Source of the DNA: Eubacteriales bacterium
GTDB taxonomy: Bacteria; Bacillota; Clostridia; Oscillospirales; UBA644
Direction: 5' to 3'
Assembly (NCBI GenBank): GCA_045629205.1
Contig: JAZQQT010000187.1
Location: 1-50,999 of the forward strand
DNA: 50,999 nucleotides
Shown here: in pieces, positions 7,397-16,109 of the stretch
How positions within the stretch are numbered: position 1 is the first letter of the stretch
Layout of the letters: every line of letters begins with the position of its first letter
Program-made: the position numbers and the translations under genes
Notes under the pieces: generated by a model
The model's database searches: none
The model's input: only the letters and a program-made list of their open reading frames with translations
What the model was told of the DNA's origin: nothing

Positions 7397-10091
7397 CCAG
7401 ATTTCGGCGACAGAGGAAAAGGATACTACAAGAAATTATACTGTAAAAGATATTATCAGTGGAGCTGCCGCTGTTGATGAAGTATACGGAACACTAGAGG
7501 CAAAATCTGTCCCGGAAATAGTAGGATATGAGCGCGCTGTAGCCAAGAATCATATCAAACGGTTATATGATGATGAAAAAGATAATTTAAACAAAATCGT
7601 ATTTTTAAATGCCGACGGCTCAACAACAGAATATTTATTTGCTTATCCAGTAAAGTATTTAGCTGACGGAAAAATACAAGATATTACATTAGATATATCT
7701 AAAAATGAGTTATCTGAATCATTTGAAAGTTCGGCAAACTCATCAAAAACTGTTTTTCCATATAATCTTGCTGATGGAATTTCGCTGACAGGTAATAATC
7801 AAACTATATCACTTGTCCCGTATATTAATCAAACAGAGATTATAAACGCAACACTTATAGACCATAAAAAAGTAATTTATAAATTTGATGACACAACCGA
7901 ATATGAATATTCGTTAACGTATACCGGATTTAAAGAAAACATTATAGTAAGTGAATACACAGGTCAAACCGAATTTTTATTCTATTTATATACAAACGGA
8001 TTGAAACTTACGGAACAAGATGGGTCGTTTTCTTTGAAGAATAAAGAAAACGAAATATGTGCGGTCATTGGTGATGTTATTATTTTTTCGGCTGATGAAA
8101 AAAACAATTCAATGGGTAGATTGGAAGCATCCCAAATAATTGAAAACGAGCAGTATGTTTTACGTATTATAGTTGATCAAAACTATCTCATGGATGAGAA
8201 TACAGCATATCCAATTCGTATTGACCCGACTATTGAAATATGTTACAATAATAATGGTAGTAGTGCTATAGAAGATGTTACAATTAACAGTCTTTCTGGA
8301 ACGGACGGCAGTTCTGGATCATTACGTGTGGGGTTACGTGATACTTATGGCGTTTCTCGGATATTAATGAAATTTCCTGGCTTAAATTTGTCTTCACTTG
8401 GAACAAATTATTCTATTACAAATGCAACTGTTGAAGTCCGTGATGTAATGTGCGAAAGTGCTAGTATGACAGTTTATTGCTATGTTTTTTCAGGTAATGA
8501 ATGGAGTGAATCGACAGCAAATTGGTCTAATGTTAATCCGAACAATATTTCCACATACCTTTCTTCAAATGTTTTTTCATACTCAAATGGACTACAGCAA
8601 TCGACTCCGCATTGGTATTCTTTTGATATAACCGAAGCTGTTAAAGGCTGGAAGTCTGAATACTATAATATAAATAAGGGAATTATATTTAAAGCACCTT
8701 CTTCTGTTGAAAACGGTAACACATATATAAATAAAACCATTGCTTCATATAATCGTTCTTCATACAAGCCGACGCTTACAGTTACATATGGTTCAGATTC
8801 ACATTATATTCCTGATGATACATATTACGTTAATAATAAAAATTCCGGAAAATATTTGAAATATACATCATCTTCTACAACTGCTTCTTCTGGTTTAATT
8901 TCTTCATTAGGTGATTCTATTCGATGGGAAATCAGAGCCGTAGATAATGGCTATATTATCAGAGAAAAATCCAACCCCACTTATTATCTTAGCGTTCCAA
9001 CAAGTTCGTCAAGTAGCTCCTTATCAATAGTATCTGTTGCTGATGCTTCAATCCCAGAACGTTGTATATGGGATATTTCTTTAGCATCCGGATCAGGATG
9101 TCTAATAAAAAATAAATATAATTCACGGTATTTATATTATTCTGGGAATTCAGTCGCAACGTCTTTAACTCTCGGAACAACTGGAACTGAAACATATTTT
9201 TCCCGTGTTTGGAGGTTAGCAAGTACTTCTTCATATGGAAATACTTCAATGTATGAAGATAGAGAATTAATGAATGGCTTTTTAATTTCGTGTTGTAATG
9301 CAGATGTTGGAGAGACAATTAATCAAAGTATTGCAAAGAATCCAACAAATGCTTTATGGGCTAATAAATCCGATTTTGTATATACTACAAATTATGCTTC
9401 ATTACTAAGCATAGATGGTGATGAAATAAGTGCAATATCTTCTGGTTATGCATCAATTTCAGCGACGCATAAAGTAACTGGTTTGACACAATCCTTTTCT
9501 TTGACTATTTTCCCTGGAACATTTGATGTGTACATAATGGCAAGTGGGGTTTCTTTTGATAATTTCATTAATGGTAGTTTTGCTGGACATGGATGGATTG
9601 AAATTATCAGCAATTCAGCACACGAATATACTATTGGGCATTATAGTTTACCATCTTCTGAGACAGTTACAATTGGACGATGGGGAAGTCAGATAAACCA
9701 AAATGATGGTAATTTCGTCGGAATATGGTATAATCGAGAAGTCTATGAAATAAATGTAAATGGGAAATATGGGTCTAAAACTTATTCATATCTTACGGTG
9801 AATAAAAACAAATTAAATCAAATCACATCTCTTATCACATCTACATATAGTGGGTATAATTTAATTACTAACAACTGTGTAACTTTTGCAATTGAAGTCT
9901 GGAACATTTGTGCCGATACAAATAATACGATTGACACATCTATTTTTACGCCAAACGGATTGGTCAATGCAATTGAAGATTTAACATATCATTATTCAGG
10001 GAATTTAACTCGTATTCCTGAAACAATTATGTGTGGATTTTATAATGGAATAAATTATGTTGAACATATCGTTCCGAATTCTATTAGTTGA
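7329..10091 (+). CDS. large secreted multidomain protein: DNRLRE/CBM-like, ricin-type lectin-like and Ig-like segments, then a C-terminal His/Cys 'NC-motif' domain
   Basis: ATG at 7329 after GGAGG. Signal peptide MKRKALSLAMALCLVFSLFSWCCQISA. SRILMKFPG...NATVEVRDV...GNEWSESTANWSN resembles the DNRLRE domain. YYVNNKNSGKYLKY...WEIRAVDNGYII looks like a beta-trefoil lectin. The C-terminal 193 aa carry AGHGWIEII and NNCVTFAIEVWN. Confidence 0.75.
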   Translation: MKRKALSLAMALCLVFSLFSWCCQISATEEKDTTRNYTVKDIISGAAAVDEVYGTLEAKSVPEIVGYERAVAKNHIKRLYDDEKDNLNKIVFLNADGSTTEYLFAYPVKYLADGKIQDITLDISKNELSESFESSANSSKTVFPYNLADGISLTGNNQTISLVPYINQTEIINATLIDHKKVIYKFDDTTEYEYSLTYTGFKENIIVSEYTGQTEFLFYLYTNGLKLTEQDGSFSLKNKENEICAVIGDVIIFSADEKNNSMGRLEASQIIENEQYVLRIIVDQNYLMDENTAYPIRIDPTIEICYNNNGSSAIEDVTINSLSGTDGSSGSLRVGLRDTYGVSRILMKFPGLNLSSLGTNYSITNATVEVRDVMCESASMTVYCYVFSGNEWSESTANWSNVNPNNISTYLSSNVFSYSNGLQQSTPHWYSFDITEAVKGWKSEYYNINKGIIFKAPSSVENGNTYINKTIASYNRSSYKPTLTVTYGSDSHYIPDDTYYVNNKNSGKYLKYTSSSTTASSGLISSLGDSIRWEIRAVDNGYIIREKSNPTYYLSVPTSSSSSSLSIVSVADASIPERCIWDISLASGSGCLIKNKYNSRYLYYSGNSVATSLTLGTTGTETYFSRVWRLASTSSYGNTSMYEDRELMNGFLISCCNADVGETINQSIAKNPTNALWANKSDFVYTTNYASLLSIDGDEISAISSGYASISATHKVTGLTQSFSLTIFPGTFDVYIMASGVSFDNFINGSFAGHGWIEIISNSAHEYTIGHYSLPSSETVTIGRWGSQINQNDGNFVGIWYNREVYEINVNGKYGSKTYSYLTVNKNKLNQITSLITSTYSGYNLITNNCVTFAIEVWNICADTNNTIDTSIFTPNGLVNAIEDLTYHYSGNLTRIPETIMCGFYNGINYVEHIVPNSIS

Positions 10092-10102
10092 GGTTGAGAT
10101 AT

Positions 10103-10864
10103 ATGTTATATTTCTTACTTTTTATTTGTTCGTATCTTGAGCTTTTGTGTTCAACATTGATATATTCGATAGGAACTGGATTTATCATTCTTCCTGTTTA
10201 TCTGTTCAAGCTGCTTTGTCTGCCGCTAATTCATTTTGCGATAATAGGTAATTTTATTAAAAAGCAGACATTCAAAAAAAACACGATTCTTTTTTCTGTT
10301 ATTTTATTTTTAGTAACGATTGTTCTGAATGACTGTTTGTTATCTCTGCTTGCCCAAAACAAAAACGGATTTCTTTTGCTGCTGTGTTTTGATGTTATTT
10401 GGGCAATAATGTCCGGCTTGCTGATTGTCGGAAACAGTCTGATATTAAAATCAAATAAAAGCAGATTGTTTATAAACGCCGTAATTACAATCGAAGCAAT
10501 AGTCGCATTGGCGGGCAATATACTTGTGAATTTTTTTATAACTCCCGTAATAAAATCGTTCGATATTGATGCTCCGGAGGTAATTATATGGCCGCTGTGT
10601 GCAATCATGCTTTGTGTCGTTTCATATTTTCTCGGAAAAGATTTTTCGGCGAACCACAGAGTATTTAAACTGATTATTTGGTTTATAGGTGTTGCTGCTT
10701 CTGTATTTGTTGTGTTGTGGCTGTCGGGAACTCCGCACGAAATTCCGATAATGCATCCCGTTACAACTGCCGCGTGGATTATCCCGACTGTTATTGCTTT
10801 TCTGTGTGCCGTAACCGGAATGTGTTTGTCAGATAAAAGCAGACAGAATGAATTGTCAAACTAA
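10103..10864 (+). CDS. polytopic membrane protein (about 8 TM), candidate cognate/immunity partner
   Basis: ATG at 10103, 9 nt after a GAGG that overlaps the upstream TGA (10089-10091). Highly hydrophobic, no recognisable family. Confidence 0.6.
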   Translation: MLYFLLFICSYLELLCSTLIYSIGTGFIILPVYLFKLLCLPLIHFAIIGNFIKKQTFKKNTILFSVILFLVTIVLNDCLLSLLAQNKNGFLLLLCFDVIWAIMSGLLIVGNSLILKSNKSRLFINAVITIEAIVALAGNILVNFFITPVIKSFDIDAPEVIIWPLCAIMLCVVSYFLGKDFSANHRVFKLIIWFIGVAASVFVVLWLSGTPHEIPIMHPVTTAAWIIPTVIAFLCAVTGMCLSDKSRQNELSN

Positions 10865-10920
10865 ATGTAACACTTTTAAAGAGATGCTTTAAATATAAAA
10901 TTAAATATTATAAAAAAATA

Positions 10921-11070
10921 CATTTCATCTCACACAAGGTTTTTTGCAGAAATACCATCAAATTACAAAATTTATAATTATGACATAAACGGAGGTAAAA
11001 AAAAGAAACGCAAAACATTATCACTCGCTTTGGCACTTTGTCTTGTTTTTTCGTTATTCACGTGGTGCGG
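10921..11070 (+). repeat. copy 2 of the ~150-bp 5' UTR/signal-peptide repeat
   Basis: Same UTR, GGAGG and signal-peptide codons as 7247-7396. The position equivalent to the ATG (11003-11005) reads AAG. Confidence 0.85.
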
Positions 11071-11095
11071 TTTGACTTCGACTGCCGAAGATATC
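11003..11095 (+). pseudogene. 5' remnant of a paralogous secreted-protein gene (start codon lost, body replaced)
   Basis: Signal-peptide codons (K)KRKTLSLALALCLVFSLFTWCG are retained, with ATG changed to AAG. Composition switches to GC-richer transposase-like sequence near 11090. Confidence 0.6.
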
Positions 11096-11600
11096 AAGCC
11101 ACCTGATAATAACGAAGTCGTTCAGGCAACCGAACCGGGCGAAGAAGCGGTTCCGTATCTGCGTCTTTACGAAGAAGACCAAATTGTTTACGCGGACAGT
11201 GCGTATGTTGGCAAGAAATCCCCGACCATGTGGAAAACCGTGTTTGTGAAAAAGGGTATCGCGGCAAGCCGTTGACCGATGAGCAAAAGGAAAACAACAG
11301 AAAGAAATCCAAAACCCGCTGCCGGATCGAGCATGTATTCGGCTTTATGACCGGCTCCATGCACGGAATTACGCTTCGTTCGATTGGGATCGGACGTGCT
11401 GAATTCAATATTGGTCTGACCAATCTTGTTTACAACATTTGCAGGTATTCGATTTTAAAACGAAAAGAGGTGCATCTGGGATAACACTATGCCAAGTTGA
11501 GGAAATATCCCGTTTTCCGGGCTGATTCACCCCGATATGACAGGAAAACAGCATTTTCGGTTCTCGGTTTTGGAACTTGCTGTTTGAAAAACACAAAAAC
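11095..11600 (+). mobile_element. IS5/IS1182-type (DDE_Tnp_1) insertion-sequence remnant: 5'-truncated, frameshifted transposase
   Basis: ...QIVYADSAYVGKK in one frame (to 11275), then GYRGKPLTDEQKENNRKKSKTRCRIEHVFGFM...NLVYNICR in another (11230-11484). These are typical C-terminal DDE transposase motifs. The N-terminal two thirds are absent. Confidence 0.65.
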
Positions 11601-11644
11601 CGATATAATCCGATGGATAACCTAATTATTAGAAGGTATTATAA

Positions 11645-12082
11645 ATGAAGAAAAAAGTTATTATCGGCATAATCATTGTTGCCGTAATTGCAGTTATTCT
11701 TGCAGCATTTTTATTGTATTATTCAAAAGCAAAATTTACCGTCGAATTCACGGTAGCTTCTCCTGTAAATACGAGTGAAAACCATTACGGGATGATTATG
11801 GTTATTGAACATGAAAATCCGTTGTTCAAACCTTCCGAAGAGAAATTAAATAATCTTCTTGAAATTTACGATTGGCTTAACAGCGCGGATACCGATGTGA
11901 GAAAATATTTTAATAACGGTGCTTACAACATTGAAGGCTCCGGCGAGATGAAGGACGGAAAAACAACGCTTCGTTATAAAGGCAGCGTTACAAACGAAAA
12001 CGGCGAGCAAATCGAATATCTCAACGAAAAAACTTTTGATTTTACCGTTACGGATGATAGTAATTTTTTATTGGACAAATAA
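11645..12082 (+). CDS. hypothetical membrane-anchored protein
   Basis: 145-aa ORF. N-terminal TM MKKKVIIGIIIVAVIAVILAAFLLYY. No recognisable family. Confidence 0.55.
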   Translation: MKKKVIIGIIIVAVIAVILAAFLLYYSKAKFTVEFTVASPVNTSENHYGMIMVIEHENPLFKPSEEKLNNLLEIYDWLNSADTDVRKYFNNGAYNIEGSGEMKDGKTTLRYKGSVTNENGEQIEYLNEKTFDFTVTDDSNFLLDK

Positions 12083-12108
12083 AAACGGAATACAGTATTG
12101 TATAACGT

Positions 12109-12145
12109 GGAGCGGAGCCGACCTAAGTCGGCTCCGCTTTTGCGC
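12109..12145. terminator. stem-loop terminator between convergent genes
   Basis: 12-bp stem agcggagccgac / gtcggctccgct with a ctaa loop, followed by tttg. Confidence 0.6.
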
Positions 12146-12151
12146 GATTTA

Positions 12152-14554
12152 TTATTTTGTATAATCTTTTTTGTTGAGATATGCGGGTTCGGGACCGACA
12201 TCGAAATACGTTCCGGATTCTTCTCTCGGACGTTTGCCGGAGAATACGGTAACGTCGCGGACGGTGCTTACAAAGCCTTTGGGGTCGATGAGCCAGAAAC
12301 GGAAGATATCGTTTCCGCCGTCGGCAAGACGTCTCTTGAGGTCATCGCTCCATATCGGGAAAATAACTTCACGGCGTTCGCCGGGTTTTACGTTAACGGT
12401 GAAATCGTGCCATCTCATAGTCGAGTTACGGTCGGTAACACGAATCGTGCATTCGGCAAGATTGATATCGTTATACTGATTCCAGAGTTCAAAGCGAAGT
12501 CCTTCGTCGCCTTCGAACCACTCGATCTCGTCGGGGAACCAAATCGGGCTGAGAGCGTTACGGAGAGACCAGAATGTGGGCTTGGGAAGAAGCTCCGGAG
12601 TCATAACGCCCCAGTCGCAGTCCTCGGAAAGAACCGTCCAGCTGAAAGGATGGCCGAGATTTACGGACGAACCGGAGGACATCCATGGGAAATACGCTGC
12701 TCCGAGAGCGGAAGGCTCGCTGCGGATAAAGCCCCAGTCGCGGCGGATAAGATCGTCGAACGCCTCAAGCTGAGTTGCTTCCTTTGAATAAGTCTTGCTG
12801 TCGTCGGCAATAACGATGCAGCAGTTTGCCGAACGGATTATATCGGGGAAGGCGCTGAAGCCCATAAATTCGGAGGAGAACCATGTGCCGCTCCAGCCGC
12901 GAGCAAGCGCTTCTTCCTTGGTATCGGTTTCCATGGTAGCTTCCCATGAGTAGGGGTTATCGCACTTTCCCTCGGCGAGAAAACGTTTAACATGCTTGAA
13001 TGAATAATGAGTATCGGCGATATCGCCCATACGCAGCTCGAAAATACCGGAAATAAGCTTGCCGTTCTGCGCCCATGCGGGTCCCGGCGGGGGGAACATC
13101 GTCAGACCGTTGGGGTCGAGACGCTAGGCAAATTTCTCATACATACGAAGATGCATCCATCCGTTTGCGGCAACAGCGTCCGATTCGGGCATATTTTCGT
13201 TACCTATGGACCATACCATAACGGAAGGATGGTTACGGTCGCGGCAAATACCGCCCTGAAGGCGGAACAGAGCGGGGCCTACCCACTCGGGATCGTGAAT
13301 ATAATGTGTGCCCCAGTCTACGGGAAGCTCCTGAGCAAGGTAAATACCCATTTCATCGCACAAATCAGCCAGCCAGCGAGGACCCATAAAGTGGGTGCGG
13401 ATGCAGTTTACATTAGCGAGCTTCATAAGCTCGAAATTACGGCGCAGCCATTCCTTCGGGGTATAAAGACCGTATTGCGGATGGCCTGTAAGATGATTGA
13501 CTCCGCGGAATTTGATGGGGTTTCCGTTAAGATACGGACGGCAATCCTTGAAATCCATACGGCGGAAGCCGACACGCCACTTGAATACGTCGGTCTCCAC
13601 ACCGGGAATTTCCGAATCGAGCTGCGCGGAATAGAGGAACGGATGTTCGTCGTTCCAGAGCATGGGATTATTGACAACGAGGTCGATATCTGCGGTTACT
13701 GTCTGTCCCGCGGGAACCTTAACGACTGCGTTCTGTTCCCCCGCAAATGCTCCGTTGGGGTCGGTGAGGATCAGTTTGAGCGTTGCGGAGACATCACTGT
13801 CGGAAGAGTTGCGAAGACGCGCCCAGCCTTTGACGTGGCCTGTAACGAGGTCTTCTTCGAGAGTTGCGGGAAGATAATAATCTTCGACATGGCAGCGTTC
13901 TTTTGCAAACAGATATGCGGGCTGCGCCATACCGCCGAATTCGTTTGAATGACGGGGCATATCCATCATGATAAACGGATGCTTACGAAGGATACGGATG
14001 GCAACCGTTACGGTCTGTCCCGGAGTTACCAAATCTGTAACGTTGCGGCAAACCGGAGTCAATCCGCTGCGGTGGTCCGCGACAAGCTTGCCGTTAACAT
14101 AAACCCGGCCGGCAGGATAAATCGCGTCGCAGCAGAGGAATATTTCTTTATTCTCAAATGATTTCGGAACGGTAACGGTGCGGCGGATCACGGCGCCGTC
14201 GTTGTCGTCGATGTGTGCAAGGCGGATACGGTCCCAGTTGCCGTAAAGGGCGGGATCGTAGTTGGGATCTGCCGTAAAGATACGTCCCGGCTGTTCCGCA
14301 TGCTCCCAATCAAGATCGTAGAGACCGGGAGCGGCAAGATCCTCCTCGGGTGAAGAGAACGGATAGCGGGCAACCGCCCAGCTGCCGGAAAGGTCGATTA
14401 TATTGTTTGTCGGGTATGCTTCCACAACGACCGGCGTGAGAGTTGTTTCCCAATCGCCGTTCCGCTGCGTGCAGACCGTTTCTGCTGTGGCAGCCAGCTG
14501 CGCGGCGATGACGGATTCCGCGAGCGCCTGCTCTTCTTTGGTGAATGGAGTCAT
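12152..14554 (-). pseudogene. GH2-family glycoside hydrolase (beta-mannosidase/beta-galactosidase-like) interrupted by one in-frame TAG at 13124-13126
   Basis: The 476-aa and 315-aa ORFs are in the same frame, separated only by TAG plus 8 sense codons. The upstream part carries NHPSVMVWSIGNEN (acid/base region). The downstream part carries FSSEFMGFSAFP (nucleophile-type SEFG motif). Junction reads ...YEKFA*RLDPNGL... Confidence 0.8.
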
Positions 14555-14581
14555 ATTTTTTCTCCTGTATTTTAAATAATA

Positions 14582-15835
14582 TTATTCTTCTTCAGAATCT
14601 TTTTCCTGCTGAAGCACGTCGGCGCGGACTATTCGCTGACCGTCGGTTTCGGCAACCGAGACCTTGATATTCGCGTATTCGAAGGTATCGCCTTCCTCGG
14701 GGGCCTTGTTGAGCTGCTCCATTATCCAACCGCCGAGAGAAACGCTTTCGGCATCTTCGATCTCTATATCAAAGAACTCGCAGAAATCGTCGAGCGATTC
14801 GGAGCAATCGACACTGAAATGATTATCTCCGAGCTTCTGATACGTTTCGACGACCTCGTCGTGCTCGTCCCAGATATCGCCGACTATCTCCTCGAGAATG
14901 TCCTCCATGGTAACGATGCCAAGTGTTCCGCCGTATTCGTCGAGAACGACGGCAACGTGGGATTTTGCTTTCTGAAGCAGTTTAAGAAGATCGTCTACGC
15001 ACTCCGTTTTGGGAACGAAAATGGGTTCGGTCATAATCTCTTTAACCGATTTTTCGGTAACACCCATACCGCAGTAAAAATCTTTTTGGTGAATAACGCC
15101 GACGATGGTATCAATTGTATCTTCAAAAACAAGAATACGCGAAAATTTAGACTGCGTAAACGCTTCGGCGATCTCCTCCTTGGAGGTATCGACCGATACC
15201 GCTTCGAGATCCACACGGTGAGTCAGTATATCGACAGCGCGGATCTCATTGAATTCGATAACGTTTTTAAGCAAACTGCCTTCGTCGGTATCAATGCTTC
15301 CGTCCTGCTGGACCTCATCTACAAGCATAAGCAATTCTTCCTGCGAGAGCTTGCGGTCGGCTTCAATACCGAATATTTTGGCGATAAACTTTTTCAATAA
15401 CGTAAAGATAAAATTGAGAGGAGTGAAAACCCAGATAAGAAACTGAATAAAAGGAGCAACAAAGCACGCATACTTTTCGGGAATATCTTTAGCGATGCTC
15501 TTGGGGGTTATTTCGCCGAATATAAGAACCGCGACCGTAATGACGGCGGTGGAAACGGTTGCGCCCTTACCTTCTCCGAGCAAGTCGACAAAAAAGACTG
15601 TGCCGATTGAAGCAAGCGCGATATTGACTATGTTGTTTCCTATCAGAACGGTGGAAATAAGCTTATCATATTTTTCAAGGAGGGAAAGCGCAAGCTTTGA
15701 GCCTTTTTTTCCATCCTCATTCATTAATTTCAGTTTTGTTTTGTTAAGCGATGAAAATGCCGTTTCGGTTGCCGAAAAATATGCCGACAACAGGATAAGC
15801 ACGGCCATGGAAATAATGCGGGGAACTGTATTCAT
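14582..15835 (-). CDS. CNNM/HlyC/CorC-family transporter (DUF21-CBS pair-CorC_HlyC)
   Basis: 417-aa ORF. N-terminal 4-TM DUF21 region, a CBS-pair region, and a C-terminal transporter-associated domain (GGWIMEQL...GDTFEY...). Confidence 0.9.
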   Translation of the reverse strand: MNTVPRIISMAVLILLSAYFSATETAFSSLNKTKLKLMNEDGKKGSKLALSLLEKYDKLISTVLIGNNIVNIALASIGTVFFVDLLGEGKGATVSTAVITVAVLIFGEITPKSIAKDIPEKYACFVAPFIQFLIWVFTPLNFIFTLLKKFIAKIFGIEADRKLSQEELLMLVDEVQQDGSIDTDEGSLLKNVIEFNEIRAVDILTHRVDLEAVSVDTSKEEIAEAFTQSKFSRILVFEDTIDTIVGVIHQKDFYCGMGVTEKSVKEIMTEPIFVPKTECVDDLLKLLQKAKSHVAVVLDEYGGTLGIVTMEDILEEIVGDIWDEHDEVVETYQKLGDNHFSVDCSESLDDFCEFFDIEIEDAESVSLGGWIMEQLNKAPEEGDTFEYANIKVSVAETDGQRIVRADVLQQEKDSEEE

Positions 15836-15861
15836 ATAAACTCCTGTAAAATAATTACCGT

Positions 15862-15915
15862 AAAAAATAAAAAAACAAAAGCCGACCTACAAGCGCAAAC
15901 CGCCGTAGACCCGCC
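15862..15915 (-). terminator. strong intrinsic terminator inside the CNNM leader (attenuator)
   Basis: RNA GCGGGUCUAC...GUAGGUCGGC: a 10-position stem with one G.G mismatch and two wobbles, followed by UUUUGUUUUUUUAUUUUUU. Located between the promoter at 16010-16038 and the start codon at 15835. Confidence 0.65.
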
Positions 15916-15985
15916 TTACAACAATATTCAAACGGTAATTATCGTAGTCGTCCTCGCTACTGTCTCCGTCCATTATCGAGATCAT
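15887..15985 (-). CDS. possible leader peptide ORF (28-32 codons) ending inside the terminator stem
   Basis: GGGAGG (15987-15992), then in-frame ATGs at 15985 and 15973. Encodes (MISI)MDGDSSEDDYDNYRLNIVVRRVYGGLRL, with TAG at 15887-15889. SD spacing is poor for both ATGs (1 nt and 13 nt). Confidence 0.25.
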   Translation of the reverse strand: MISIMDGDSSEDDYDNYRLNIVVRRVYGGLRL

Positions 15986-16009
15986 TCCTCCCTTACGTAT
16001 AGATAACTT

Positions 16010-16038
16010 ATTATATCACACAGCACAACAAATATCAA
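16010..16038 (-). promoter_or_regulatory. sigma-A-type promoter for the CNNM leader
   Basis: Minus strand reads TTGATA - 17 nt - TGaTATAAT (extended -10). Confidence 0.65.
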
Positions 16039-16057
16039 GGAAAAGACTTGATATTTT

Positions 16058-16100
16058 ACAAAAAAGTTGAAACGGAAGAGAGTTTTTCCCTCTTCCGTTT
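16058..16100 (-). terminator. rho-independent terminator ending the 16.1-25.3 kb operon
   Basis: Stem aacggaagag / ctcttccgtt (16071-16080 / 16090-16099), followed on the minus strand by a T-run. Confidence 0.75.
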
Positions 16101-16109
16101 ATATAACGA

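Noticed and set aside
13124-13126. TAG reassignment (pyrrolysine or an alternative genetic code) as the explanation for the in-frame amber codon in the GH2 gene.
   Set aside because: TAG also ends rpsC (36647) and the MerR gene (4590) at positions giving normal protein lengths. No pyl genes or other in-frame TAGs are visible in this window. It cannot be fully excluded without the whole genome, so it is kept only as a check under the GH2 finding.
13007-13948. 313-aa ORF on the + strand. Similar long antisense ORFs occur at 14819-15400, 38147-38737, 41551-42180 and 45633-46346.
   Set aside because: Each lies entirely antisense to a well-supported gene (GH2, CNNM, rplB, beta-helix, feoB). They have no RBS, their compositions are low-complexity or Cys/Arg-rich, and they belong to no recognisable family. 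They are typical shadow ORFs.
15836-16005. Known Mg2+ (M-box) or Mn2+ (yybP-ykoY) riboswitch upstream of the CNNM gene.
   Set aside because: There is only a vague resemblance (GGAGACAGUAGCG versus GGGGAGUAGC). The other conserved elements (for example the UUGACA region of yybP-ykoY and the M-box core) are not found by eye. It is reported as an unclassified leader instead.
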